The notes under the pieces were generated by a model, which was not told where the DNA came from, made no database searches, and saw nothing but the letters and a program-made list of their open reading frames with translations. Of a stretch of DNA of 64,000 bases, positions 33,799 to 43,603 are shown one piece after another; the stretch's first letter is position 1, and the number at the start of each line of letters is the position of its first letter. The stretch spans positions 264,118 to 328,117 of the forward strand of contig CAWDRW010000004.1 of assembly GCA_963804805.1 (NCBI GenBank), read 5' to 3'. Source of the stretch: an uncultured beta proteobacterium. GTDB taxonomy: Bacteria; Pseudomonadota; Gammaproteobacteria; Burkholderiales; Rhodocyclaceae. The translations under genes and the position numbers were made by a program.

Positions 33799-35306
33799 TG
33801 GAAGCGCTGGTACACCTCGGCAACGGCTTCCTGCAGGTGCTGCAGCCGATGAACCTGCTGGTGCTGTTCATCGGCCTGGTGCTGGGCATGCTGGTCGCCG
33901 TGCTGCCGGGGCTGACTTTGGTGATGGGGGTGGTCCTCGCCCTGCCTTTCACCTACACCATGGAACTGCTGCCGGCGATCATCCTGCTGACGGCGATGTA
34001 CGTCTCCGGCACCTACGGCGGCGCCTTCACCGCCATCCTCTTTCGCATTCCCGGCGAGCCGATCGACGTGCCCCTGCTGTGGGACGGTTACACCATGGCG
34101 CGCAAGGGCCAGCCGGCCAAGGCGCTGGGCTGGACGCTGTTCTCCGCGCTGGGCGGCGGCCTGGTGATGGTGATGGTGATGGTGCTGGCGTCGGCGCCGG
34201 TGGCGAAGTTCGCCCTGACCTTTTCCTCGCCGGAATATTTCGCCATCATCGTTTTCGGCCTGGCCAGCGTGGTCTCGCTCGGCGGCGGCTCGATCACCAA
34301 TGCTGCCATCAGCCTGATGCTGGGCCTGCTGATCGCCACCGTCGGCGTCGATTCGATCTACGGCGCCGAGCGCTTCGCCTTCGGCGTGCCCTTCCTCCAG
34401 GACGGCATCGAGTACCTGCTGGTGATGGTCGGCGCCTACGGCCTGGGCGAGGTATTCACCCGCATGGAAAAGGGCTTCGCCGGCGACGGCGCCGTAGCCG
34501 ACACCGATCGCCGCATCAACACCGAATTCCCCACGCTGGCCGAAATGCTCAAGCTCAAGATGACCTTCCTGCGCAGCTCGCTGGTGGGCATCATCGTCGG
34601 CATCATTCCGGGCGCCGGCGCCACCGTCGCCTCCTTCGTCGCCTATGGCGCCGAAGGCCAGTACGGCAAGCGCGGCAAGGAGCTCGGCAGCGGCATCGCC
34701 GAAGGCATCGTCGCGCCGCAGACCGCCGCGACCTCCTCGGTCGGCGGCGCGATGATTCCGCTGCTGACCATGGGCATCCCCGGCAGCGGCGCCACCGCCA
34801 TCATTCTCGGCGCCTTCCTGCTGCACGGCATGCAGCCGGGACCGCAGGTCTTCGTCACTTCGGGTCCCTTCGTCTATGCCGTGTTCGCCTCGATGTTCCT
34901 CGGCGTGATCGGCATGTGCATCATCGGCTACTTCGCCATCAAGCCGCTGGTCAAGGTGCTCGAACTGCCCGAGGCGGTGGTCTCGGCCTTCGTCGTGATG
35001 TTCTGCTTCATCGGCGCCTTCGCCGCGCGCAACAACCTGTCCGATCTCTATGTCATCACCGCCTTCGGCATCCTCGGCTACCTGTTCGAGAAGTTCAAGT
35101 TCCCCATTGCGCCGATGGTGCTCGGCGCCATCCTCGGGCCGCTGGCCGAAAGCTCCTTCATGACCATGATGGTCAGCCACGGCAACGACTGGACGGTGCT
35201 GATGGGAAGGCCGATCAGCGCCACCGTGATGGTGCTTGCGCTGGTTGCGCTGGTGTACCCGATACAACGCCAGCTGCGCGAGAAAACCCGGCGCAGCGGT
35301 ACCTAG
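33798..35306 (+). CDS. TTT large membrane subunit (TctA)
   Basis: YGGAFTAILFRIPG, DGYTMARKGQ, PLLTMGIPGS, PMVLGAILGP. Confidence 0.92.
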   Translation: MEALVHLGNGFLQVLQPMNLLVLFIGLVLGMLVAVLPGLTLVMGVVLALPFTYTMELLPAIILLTAMYVSGTYGGAFTAILFRIPGEPIDVPLLWDGYTMARKGQPAKALGWTLFSALGGGLVMVMVMVLASAPVAKFALTFSSPEYFAIIVFGLASVVSLGGGSITNAAISLMLGLLIATVGVDSIYGAERFAFGVPFLQDGIEYLLVMVGAYGLGEVFTRMEKGFAGDGAVADTDRRINTEFPTLAEMLKLKMTFLRSSLVGIIVGIIPGAGATVASFVAYGAEGQYGKRGKELGSGIAEGIVAPQTAATSSVGGAMIPLLTMGIPGSGATAIILGAFLLHGMQPGPQVFVTSGPFVYAVFASMFLGVIGMCIIGYFAIKPLVKVLELPEAVVSAFVVMFCFIGAFAARNNLSDLYVITAFGILGYLFEKFKFPIAPMVLGAILGPLAESSFMTMMVSHGNDWTVLMGRPISATVMVLALVALVYPIQRQLREKTRRSGT

Positions 35307-35338
35307 CGGCAGAAAGGCAGAACCAGATGGTTGCGTTC

Positions 35339-35406
35339 GTCATTCCGGCGAAAACCGGAATCCAGTCGGCGGTCGTTTCTGGATCCCGGGTCAAGCCCGG
35401 GATGAC
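35339..35406. repeat. REP-like inverted pair
   Basis: GTCATTCCGGCGAAAACCGGAATCCAG ... CTGGATCCCGGGTCAAGCCCGGGATGAC. Confidence 0.85.
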
Positions 35407-35469
35407 GGCCGGAATCAATCTTTCGGCTTCTACCTGACTCCGTACTAGCGACAGAAAGGCAGCAGAGCA

Positions 35470-36861
35470 ATGGACAAGGTAGTCACTCCCCTGATCGAAG
35501 CCGCACGCATCGCGCAGCGTCGCTACGAAACCTTTGACCAGGCCGCGGTCGACGCGGTGGTCACGGCCGCCGGCTGGGCGATCATGGAACCGGGGCGCAA
35601 CCGGGCACTGGCCGAAATGGCGGTGCGCGACACCGGTCTCGGCGTGGTCGAGGACAAAATCACCAAGAACCATCGCAAGACCCTGGGCCTGCTGCGCGAC
35701 CTCAAGGGCGCGAAGAGCGTCGGCGTCATCGCCGAATACCCGCAGCTGGGCATCGTCGAGATCGCACGCCCGGTGGGCGTGGTCGCCGCGATCACGCCCT
35801 CGACCAATCCGGGCGCCACGCCGGCGAACAAGATCATCAACGCGCTCAAGGGCCGCAACGCGGTGATCGTCGCGCCATCGCCCAAGGGCGCCTCGACCTG
35901 CGCCGCGCTGGTCGGCTACGTCAGCGCGGAACTGGCGAAAGTCGGTGCGCCGCCAAACCTGGTGCAGATGCTGCCCGCCCCGATCACCAAGGACGCGACC
36001 CATGCGCTGATGCGCGAGTCCGACCTCGTAGTGGCCACCGGCTCGCAGGCCAACGTGCGCGCGGCCTACGCCAGCGGCACGCCGGCCTTCGGCGTCGGCG
36101 CCGGCAATGTCGCCAGCATCATCGACGCCTCGGCCAACCTCGCCGACGCCGCAGCGGCGATCGCCCGTTCCAAAACCTTCGACAATGCCACCAGCTGTTC
36201 TTCGGAGAACAGCGTGGTGATCGTCGAAGCCGTGCATGCGGGCGCCATGTTCGCCCTGGCCGCGGCAGGCGGCGTGCTGCTCACCGCGGACGAGAAGGCC
36301 AAACTGCAGGCCGCGATGTGGCCCGGGGGCAAGCTGGCGGCGCAGGTGACGGCGCAGGACGCACCGCGCATCGCGCAAATCGCCGGGCTGGAGCGCGAGG
36401 CCTTGCGCAGCGCGCGCTTCCTGATGGTCGAGGAAACCGGCACCGGTCCGGACTTTCCCTACTCCGGCGAAAAGCTGTCGCCGGTGCTCACCGTGTATCG
36501 GGCGCGCGATTTCGACCATGCCTGCGCCATCGTCGCCGACATCTACGCCTTCCAGGGTGCGGGGCATTCGGTCAGCATCCACAGCGCCGACGACGCCCAC
36601 ATCCTGCGCCTCGGCCTCGAACTGCCGGTGTCGCGCGTGATCGTGAACCAGATCCACTGTTACGCCACCGGCGGCAGCTTCGACAACGGGCTGCCGTTCT
36701 CGCTGTCGATGGGCTGCGGCACCTGGGGCCGCAACAATTTCTCCGACAACATGAACTACCGCCACTACCTCAACATCACGCGCATCTCGCGCCGGATTGC
36801 CCCGCGCGAACCGGCGCTGGACGAGATATTCGGCGAGCATTTCCGCAAGTACGGCAAGTAG
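35470..36861 (+). CDS. sauS: Acylating sulfoacetaldehyde dehydrogenase (SauS-like)
   Basis: DKITKNHRKTLG, ITPSTNP, SKTFDNATSCSSENS, GGSFDNGLPFSLSMGCGTWG; next to CoA ligase and xsc. Confidence 0.8.
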   Translation: MDKVVTPLIEAARIAQRRYETFDQAAVDAVVTAAGWAIMEPGRNRALAEMAVRDTGLGVVEDKITKNHRKTLGLLRDLKGAKSVGVIAEYPQLGIVEIARPVGVVAAITPSTNPGATPANKIINALKGRNAVIVAPSPKGASTCAALVGYVSAELAKVGAPPNLVQMLPAPITKDATHALMRESDLVVATGSQANVRAAYASGTPAFGVGAGNVASIIDASANLADAAAAIARSKTFDNATSCSSENSVVIVEAVHAGAMFALAAAGGVLLTADEKAKLQAAMWPGGKLAAQVTAQDAPRIAQIAGLEREALRSARFLMVEETGTGPDFPYSGEKLSPVLTVYRARDFDHACAIVADIYAFQGAGHSVSIHSADDAHILRLGLELPVSRVIVNQIHCYATGGSFDNGLPFSLSMGCGTWGRNNFSDNMNYRHYLNITRISRRIAPREPALDEIFGEHFRKYGK

Positions 36862-36863
36862 GC

Positions 36864-38402
36864 ATGCTGCGCACGATCCGCACCCTTGTCGATAACCAGG
36901 CGCAACTGCGTCCCGCTGCGGTCTACCTGATCGCTCCGGAAACCGGCCTTTGCCTGAGCTTCGCCGGACTGCAGGCCGCCTCGCGCCGCTTGGCGGGCTG
37001 GCTGCTCGGCCAGGGTATCCGCCCCGGCGCGAAAGTGGCGTTGCTGATGCCCAACGGCTACCAGACCTGCCGCCTGTTCATCGGCGCCATGTACGGCGGC
37101 TATTGCATCACGCCGCTCAACCTGCTGACGCAGCCGTCGCAGCTCACCTACGTGCTGGAGCACAGCGACGCCGAGTTGGTCTTCGTCGCGCCGGACCAGG
37201 TCGAACGCCTGCAGCAGGCCGCGGCAGGGCTGGCGAAGCCGCCGCGCATGGTGGTCTGCGACGTCGATGCCGCCGAATTCCTTCCGGCGGCGGAGGCGGG
37301 CGGCGCCCTGCCGGACAGCCCGGGCGAGGAGGATGCCGCGCTGATGATGTACACCTCGGGCACCACCGGCAAGCCCAAGGGTGTCGTGCTCGCGCAGCGC
37401 GCCGTGGTCTCCGGCGGCCAGTTCGTTTCCGCCGTGCATGAACTCGGCCCGGCCGACCGCGTGATGGCCGTGCTGCCGCTGTATCACATCAACGCCCAGG
37501 TGGTCACCGCCACCGCGCCGCTGGTCCATGGCGGCAGCCTGGTGCTGCCCAGGCGCTTCAGCGCGTCGAACTTCTGGCAGGCCGCGATCGGCCACGGCTG
37601 CACCTGGATCAACGTGGTGCCGACCATGATCGCCTACCTGCTGAACGGCCCGGACCTGGCGACGCTCGGCCTCGACGCCTCCGCCATCCGCTTCTGCCGC
37701 TCGGCCTCGGCGCCGCTGCCGCCGGCGCAGCACCTGGCCTTCGAGCAGAAGTTCGGCATCGGCATCATCGAGACCATGGGCCTGACCGAAACCGCCGCAC
37801 CGTGCTTTTCCAATCCGCTCGATCCGGCGCGACGCAAGATCGGCAGCCCCGGACCGGCCTGCGGCAACGAGGCGAAGATCATCGACGCCGCGGGCGCGAC
37901 GGCGCCAGCGGGCACGGTGGGCGAGATCATGGTGCGCGGCGCCAACGTGATGAGTTGCTACTACAAGGACCCGGCGGAGACCGCCCGCACGCTGGATGCC
38001 GACGGCTGGCTGCATACCGGCGACCTCGGCACCATGGACGCGGACGGCTTCGTCTTCGTCACCGGGCGCATCAAGGAACTCATCATCAAGGGCGGGGAGA
38101 ACATCGCGCCGCGCGAGATCGACGAGGCCCTGCTCCAGCACCCTGCCGTGCTCGAAGCCGCGGCGGTCGGCATTCCCGACGACAACTACGGCCAGGAGAT
38201 CATGGCCTGCGTGGTGCTGAAGCCGGACCGGACCTGTTCCGAGGCGGAATTGCGCACCTACTGCGAAGGCACGCTGGGCAGTTACAAGACGCCGCGGCAG
38301 TTCTGTTTCGTCCAAGCGTTGCCGAAGGGCCCCTCGGGCAAGGTGCAGCGCCTGAAGTTGCCTGAGCTCATGGCCTCAACCGCCCAGCAGAGCGGTCGGT
38401 AA
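36864..38402 (+). CDS. sauT: Acyl-CoA synthetase, sulfoacetate-CoA ligase-like (SauT)
   Basis: YTSGTTGKPKG, ETMGLTE, WLHTGDLG, KELIIKGGENI, PKGPSGK; substrate inferred from context. Confidence 0.72.
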   Translation: MLRTIRTLVDNQAQLRPAAVYLIAPETGLCLSFAGLQAASRRLAGWLLGQGIRPGAKVALLMPNGYQTCRLFIGAMYGGYCITPLNLLTQPSQLTYVLEHSDAELVFVAPDQVERLQQAAAGLAKPPRMVVCDVDAAEFLPAAEAGGALPDSPGEEDAALMMYTSGTTGKPKGVVLAQRAVVSGGQFVSAVHELGPADRVMAVLPLYHINAQVVTATAPLVHGGSLVLPRRFSASNFWQAAIGHGCTWINVVPTMIAYLLNGPDLATLGLDASAIRFCRSASAPLPPAQHLAFEQKFGIGIIETMGLTETAAPCFSNPLDPARRKIGSPGPACGNEAKIIDAAGATAPAGTVGEIMVRGANVMSCYYKDPAETARTLDADGWLHTGDLGTMDADGFVFVTGRIKELIIKGGENIAPREIDEALLQHPAVLEAAAVGIPDDNYGQEIMACVVLKPDRTCSEAELRTYCEGTLGSYKTPRQFCFVQALPKGPSGKVQRLKLPELMASTAQQSGR

Positions 38403-38608
38403 GCCGGGCCGGGCGCCGAACCATGCTGCAACGGAATTTTGACGCGGCGGGTCGCAATTTCGTTTCATTTGCCGCCTTCCCTGGCGATTTCTGTTGCCAT
38501 CGGGGACGGATTGCTGTGATAGTTCGCTTTATCAATATTGAAATGTATCGTTTCATAATTATAAGTATGTGCGACTTCACGGAGTCGCACGACATGGAGG
38601 AGGCGGGA

Positions 38609-40204
38609 ATGGTCGAAGTTTTCGACTACATCGTAGTCGGCGCCGGATCGGCAGGCTGCGTCCTGGCCAACAGGCTGTCGGAGAATCCTCAGACCAGGGT
38701 TCTGCTGCTCGAAGCCGGCGGCGAAGACTGGAATCCATGGATTCACGTCCCGGTCGGCTACTTCAAGACCATGCATGACCCGAAACTGGACTGGTGTTAC
38801 CTGACGGAACCGGATCCGGGCATCGCCAATCGCCAGTTGCAATGGCCGCGCGGCAAGGTGCTGGGCGGCTCCAGTTCGCTCAATGGCCTGCTTTACGTGC
38901 GCGGCCAGCGCGAAGACTACGAGCGCTGGGTTGAACTGGGGAATCCCGGCTGGGGCTACGCCGATGTACTGCCCTACTTCAAGAAATCGGAGGATCAGGA
39001 GCGGGGCGCCAGCGAATACCACGGCGTCGGCGGTCCGCTGAAGGTTTCCGACCTCAGGCTGCGCCGTCCGATTGCCGACCATTTCATCGCCGGCGCCCGG
39101 GATATCGGCATCCCGTTCAACGAGGACTACAACGGTGCCGTGCAGGAAGGCGTGGCCTATTTCCAGCAGACCGCCCACAAGGGCTTCCGCTGGAGTACGG
39201 CCCGCGGCTTTCTGCGGCCTGCCCGCAAGCGCCGCAACCTCGTCGTCAAGACCCGGGCCCAGACCACCCGCGTGCTGTTCGAAGGCAGGCGTGCCATCGG
39301 TGTGGACTATGTCCAGGGAGGAGAACGCCATCAGGCACGCGCCACCGCGGAAGTGATCCTGGCTGCCGGCGCCATCGGTTCGCCGCAGTTGCTGCAGTGT
39401 TCGGGCGTGGGTCCTGCAGCCCTGCTCTCCAGGATGGGCGTTGACGTGGTCCATGCCCTGCCCGGCGTGGGTGAAAACCTGCAGGATCACCTGCAGGTAC
39501 GGCTCGTTTTCAAGACCCGGGAGCGAACCCTGAACGACGAGGTCAACAGCTATCTCGGCCGGCTGTGGGTCGGCATGCAGTACGCCTTCAACCGCACCGG
39601 TCCGCTGACGCTGGCGGCAAGCCAGGTCGCCATCTTCACCCGCTCCGGACCCGGTGTCAGCCGTCCCGACATCCAGTTTCACATGCAGCCGCTGAGTGCC
39701 GACAAGCCGGGCGAAGGCGCGCACAAATTCTCGGCCTTCACCGCCTCGGTCTGCCAGTTGCGCCCTTACAGCCGGGGCCGCATCGAGATCAAGTCGCCCG
39801 ATGCGCTGACCTATCCGGCGATCCACCCGAACTATCTTTCGGATGAGCGCGACCATCCGGTGGCGATCGGTGGCATCAAGGTCGCCCGCCGCATCGCCCG
39901 GGCACCCTCGCTGGCGCCGCACATCATTTCGGAGTTCGTGCCGGGGGCACAGTTCCAGTCCGATGCCGAATTGCTCGAGGCCGCACGCCGCTACAGCCAG
40001 ACCATCTACCACCCGACCAGCACTTGCAAGATGGGAATCGATGGCATGGCGGTGGTGGATCCCCGGCTGCGCGTACATGGCATCACGGGCCTGCGCGTGG
40101 TCGATTGCTCGATCATGCCCGAGATCGTTTCGGGCAACACCCACGCGCCTGCGGTGATGATCGCCGAGAAGGCCGCCGACATGATTCGCCAGGATGCAGG
40201 TTAA
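38609..40204 (+). CDS. GMC-family FAD oxidoreductase (candidate isethionate dehydrogenase IseJ)
   Basis: DYIVVGAGSAGC, RGKVLGGSSSLNG, GENLQDH, YHPTSTCKMG, GNTHAP; GGAGG RBS. Confidence 0.9.
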   Translation: MVEVFDYIVVGAGSAGCVLANRLSENPQTRVLLLEAGGEDWNPWIHVPVGYFKTMHDPKLDWCYLTEPDPGIANRQLQWPRGKVLGGSSSLNGLLYVRGQREDYERWVELGNPGWGYADVLPYFKKSEDQERGASEYHGVGGPLKVSDLRLRRPIADHFIAGARDIGIPFNEDYNGAVQEGVAYFQQTAHKGFRWSTARGFLRPARKRRNLVVKTRAQTTRVLFEGRRAIGVDYVQGGERHQARATAEVILAAGAIGSPQLLQCSGVGPAALLSRMGVDVVHALPGVGENLQDHLQVRLVFKTRERTLNDEVNSYLGRLWVGMQYAFNRTGPLTLAASQVAIFTRSGPGVSRPDIQFHMQPLSADKPGEGAHKFSAFTASVCQLRPYSRGRIEIKSPDALTYPAIHPNYLSDERDHPVAIGGIKVARRIARAPSLAPHIISEFVPGAQFQSDAELLEAARRYSQTIYHPTSTCKMGIDGMAVVDPRLRVHGITGLRVVDCSIMPEIVSGNTHAPAVMIAEKAADMIRQDAG

Positions 40205-40454
40205 CGTGAAGCAACAGGACGGGTCGCTGGCGATGTCGAGCGGAGCGAGCCAACTGGGAACCCCCCGTGAGGGGGGCGAAGGGGGGCGGGCCAAGTTTGC
40301 TCGCCCCGGGCAAGGCATGAATGCGAGCGCTTCATGATTCGCGGGTGGTTTGCGGAGTCATGGGCGTCAGATAGGAATTGCCCATGAGGCAATAGTGGAG
40401 CCCTTGTGACCCGCCGGGTCCGGGGTTCCGGTTTTTTAAATAACGGAGGAGGCA

Positions 40455-41567
40455 ATGATGGCGACTTTGATACGGAAACTGATGATGGGTGCGGTCGCGG
40501 CGGTGCTGGTCACCGCAGGCGGCCTGGCGCAGGCCCAGCAAGTGACGCGCATGAAGATCCAGACGGCAGTCCCGACCGCAAGCATCTACTTCGACCTGAT
40601 GAAGCGGTTTGGCGATCGTGTTGACAAGATGTCCAACGGCCGCATCAAGATGGACATCCTGCCCGACGGCGCGGTGGTCAATGCCTTCGAGATTCTCGAC
40701 GCGGTCGACAAGGGCGTGGTCGACGGCGGTTTTGCCTGGACGCACTACTGGTCGGGCAAGAACAGCGCGGCCGCCCTGTTCTCGAATCCGGCGGCGGGCG
40801 CCGGCACGGGAATGGATCAAATGTCGCACATGGCCTGGTTGTCGCAGGGCGGCGGCAATGCCCTCTACGAGAAGCTGTATGAGTCGGGCCTGAAGATGAA
40901 CATCAAGCCCTTCATGATGCAGCCGATGGGTCCGGACCCGTTCGGCTGGTTCAAGATACCGATCAATTCGATCGCCGACATGAAGAAAATGAAATACCGC
41001 TCGCCCCCGGGACTGACGGGCGAGATTTTCAAGGAAATGGGCATCAATGCGGTGGCCATGCCGGGCGGCGAGATCGTTCCGGCCGCACAGCGCGGAGTCA
41101 TCGATGCCGCCGAATGGATCGGCCCGGCGGACGACATGATCCTCGGCTTCCACAACGTGTTCAAGCACTACTACCTGCAGGGCCTGCACCAGTCGTCGGA
41201 CGTCGGCGAGTTGCTGATCAACAAGACGGTCTGGAACAAGCTGCCGCCGGACTTGAAGGCGGTGATCGAGGGCGCAGTGATGGCCACGATCGCGGAAACC
41301 TATGCCTTCAACGTGCATCGCAACGCAGTGGCTATGGATAAGCTGCAGAAGGATCACAAGGTCACCGTGCATGACACGCCGAAGGAATTTTTCTCGGCCT
41401 TCCTCAAGGCGACCAATGTCGTTTATGACCGCGAGGCGGCGCGCAATCCCTTGTTCAAGGAGGTTCTGGAATCGCAACGCTCCTTCGCCAAGGTCGTGGT
41501 GCCCTACTGGACCAAGATCAACGGGCTGTATTACTGGCTCGGCACGGAAGCAGCAGGCGGCAAATAG
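40455..41567 (+). CDS. TRAP transporter substrate-binding protein (DctP, TakP-like)
   Basis: Signal peptide; MSNGRIKMDILPDGAVV, MPGGEIVPAAQRGVIDAAEW. Confidence 0.9.
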   Translation: MMATLIRKLMMGAVAAVLVTAGGLAQAQQVTRMKIQTAVPTASIYFDLMKRFGDRVDKMSNGRIKMDILPDGAVVNAFEILDAVDKGVVDGGFAWTHYWSGKNSAAALFSNPAAGAGTGMDQMSHMAWLSQGGGNALYEKLYESGLKMNIKPFMMQPMGPDPFGWFKIPINSIADMKKMKYRSPPGLTGEIFKEMGINAVAMPGGEIVPAAQRGVIDAAEWIGPADDMILGFHNVFKHYYLQGLHQSSDVGELLINKTVWNKLPPDLKAVIEGAVMATIAETYAFNVHRNAVAMDKLQKDHKVTVHDTPKEFFSAFLKATNVVYDREAARNPLFKEVLESQRSFAKVVVPYWTKINGLYYWLGTEAAGGK

Positions 41568-41644
41568 CATCACACCAAGGGCAGCGGTGCGCGGCACGGG
41601 CCGCGCACCGCATCCCTGCTGATTTACTCTCGGATACAGACTCC

Positions 41645-42211
41645 ATGACCGGACATCCCTCAAAACTGCTGCGCATCGCGCATGCACTCGACCCCATCGC
41701 CATCTGGTCGGGCAAGCTGACCGCATGGCTGATCCTGCCCATGGTGTTGTCGCTCGCCTACGAGGTCACGGCGCGCTACGTGTTCGATTCCCCGACGCTG
41801 TGGGCCTATGACATGACCTTCATGCTGTATGGCGCCTACTTCATGCTCGGCTCGGCCTACACCTTGCAGCGCAAGGGACACATCCGCACCGATTCGCTCT
41901 ACGGCGAATGGTCGCCGCGTCGCCAGGGCATCGTCGATGCCATCTGCTACCTGGTGATGTTCATGCCCTTTGTCGCGATTTTTCTGTATTTCGGCTGGGG
42001 TTACTTCCTCAAGGCCTTCATGACCGGCGAACGCTTCGTCAGCAGCCCGTGGATGCCGATCACCTGGCCGTTCAAGCTGGCCATGCCCCTCACCGGTTTG
42101 CTGCTGGCGATCCAGGGCGTCTCCGAACTTTGCAAGAGCCTCGACGCCGCGATCAGCGGACACTGGGCCGACGGCGGGGTTTCGGCACTCCCCGGCAGGG
42201 AGGCCGCATGA
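41645..42211 (+). CDS. TRAP small permease (DctQ)
   Basis: EVTARYVFDSPTLWAYD, GHIRTD. Confidence 0.9.
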   Translation: MTGHPSKLLRIAHALDPIAIWSGKLTAWLILPMVLSLAYEVTARYVFDSPTLWAYDMTFMLYGAYFMLGSAYTLQRKGHIRTDSLYGEWSPRRQGIVDAICYLVMFMPFVAIFLYFGWGYFLKAFMTGERFVSSPWMPITWPFKLAMPLTGLLLAIQGVSELCKSLDAAISGHWADGGVSALPGREAA

Positions 42212-43518
42212 GCAACGAACTCTTCGGACTGCTGGCACTGGTGGCCCTGTTCGGTGCCATCTTCATCGGCTTCCCGATCGCCTTTACGCTGGGCGCCGTC
42301 GCGCTCGGCGCCGGCTTCGTCGCCTTCGGCCCGATGGTCTTCGACCTCGCCGTGCTGCAGACCTTCTCGGTAATGAAGGACACGGTGCTGGCCTCGATCC
42401 CCTTCTTCCTCTTCATGGGTTTCCTGCTCGAACAGTCGGGCCTGATGGAACGCATGTTCACCGGCATCCAGCAGTTGCTGGCCGGAGTCCGCGGCTCGCT
42501 GTATCTGGCGGTGCTGATCACGGCGACGATTTTTGCGGCGGCCACCGGCATCGTCGGCTCCGCCGTCACCCTGCTCGGCGTGATGGCCGGGCCGGCCATG
42601 ATCAAGAGCGGCTACGATCCCAAGCTGAGTGCCGGTGCGATCGCCGCCGGCGGCACGCTGGGCATCCTGATTCCGCCCTCGGTGATGCTGATCGTGATGG
42701 GGCCCGTGGTCGGCGTGCCGGCCACCGACCTGTTCGCCGCGGCGGTGATACCCGGCCTCTTGCTGGCCACCATCTTCACCGTCTGGTGCCTTGTGCGCTG
42801 CTGGCTCAATCCGGCGTTGGGCCCCGCGCTGCCGCCGGAAATGCGCGCCACCTCGATGACCGCGGTGGTGAAAGATCTGGTGATCGGCGTCGTGCCGGTG
42901 ATCGTCGTCATCATGGCGACGCTGGGCGTGATCCTGATGGGCATCGCGACACCGACCGATGCCGGCGCGGTAGGTTGCGCCGCCGTGTTCATCCTGACGC
43001 TCCTGTCCCGGCGCATGACCATGGCGAAGATTCGTCGCGCGGCCTACCAGTCGCTCGAGGTGTCGAGCATGATCCTGATGCTGGTTGCGGCATCGAACCT
43101 GTTCGGCGCCGTGTTCTCCCGCCTCGGCAGCGCGGAGTATCTGGCCAGCCTGCTGACCAGCCTGGCCCTGCCGCCGACGCTGATGCTGATCGTGATCCTG
43201 GGGCTGATCTTCATCCTCGGCTGGCCGCTCGAATGGGTGCCCATCGTGCTCATCGTGGTGCCCATCGTGCTGCCCATCGTCCATGCCCTGAACATCGACC
43301 TGATCTGGTTCTGCACCCTGGTCGCGATGACGCTGCAGACCGCCTGGCTGTCACCGCCGGTGGCGCTCTCGGCATATTTCCTGAAGGGCGTGGTGCCGCA
43401 ATGGGAACTCAAGCAAATCTACTCCGGCATGGTCCAGTTCATGATCCTGCAGCTGGTGGGCGTCGGCCTGGTGCTGGCGTTTCCGCAGCTCGCGACCTGG
43501 ATGGTCACCCGCAATTGA
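42208..43518 (+). CDS. TRAP large permease (DctM)
   Basis: IPFFLFMG, GGTLGILIPPS, LSPPVA. Confidence 0.92.
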   Translation: MSNELFGLLALVALFGAIFIGFPIAFTLGAVALGAGFVAFGPMVFDLAVLQTFSVMKDTVLASIPFFLFMGFLLEQSGLMERMFTGIQQLLAGVRGSLYLAVLITATIFAAATGIVGSAVTLLGVMAGPAMIKSGYDPKLSAGAIAAGGTLGILIPPSVMLIVMGPVVGVPATDLFAAAVIPGLLLATIFTVWCLVRCWLNPALGPALPPEMRATSMTAVVKDLVIGVVPVIVVIMATLGVILMGIATPTDAGAVGCAAVFILTLLSRRMTMAKIRRAAYQSLEVSSMILMLVAASNLFGAVFSRLGSAEYLASLLTSLALPPTLMLIVILGLIFILGWPLEWVPIVLIVVPIVLPIVHALNIDLIWFCTLVAMTLQTAWLSPPVALSAYFLKGVVPQWELKQIYSGMVQFMILQLVGVGLVLAFPQLATWMVTRN

Positions 43519-43603
43519 GCACTGTCGCGCGAAAAGGTCCAGCGAGGATCCGGTGCCGCCAAAGTGCTGACGCTGCGCCAATGAAGAATGGAGAGTTCCG
43601 AAA

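Noticed and set aside
38609-40204. Calling the GMC enzyme betA (choline dehydrogenase)
   Set aside because: No betB/betI/betT context; the substrate cannot be read from sequence
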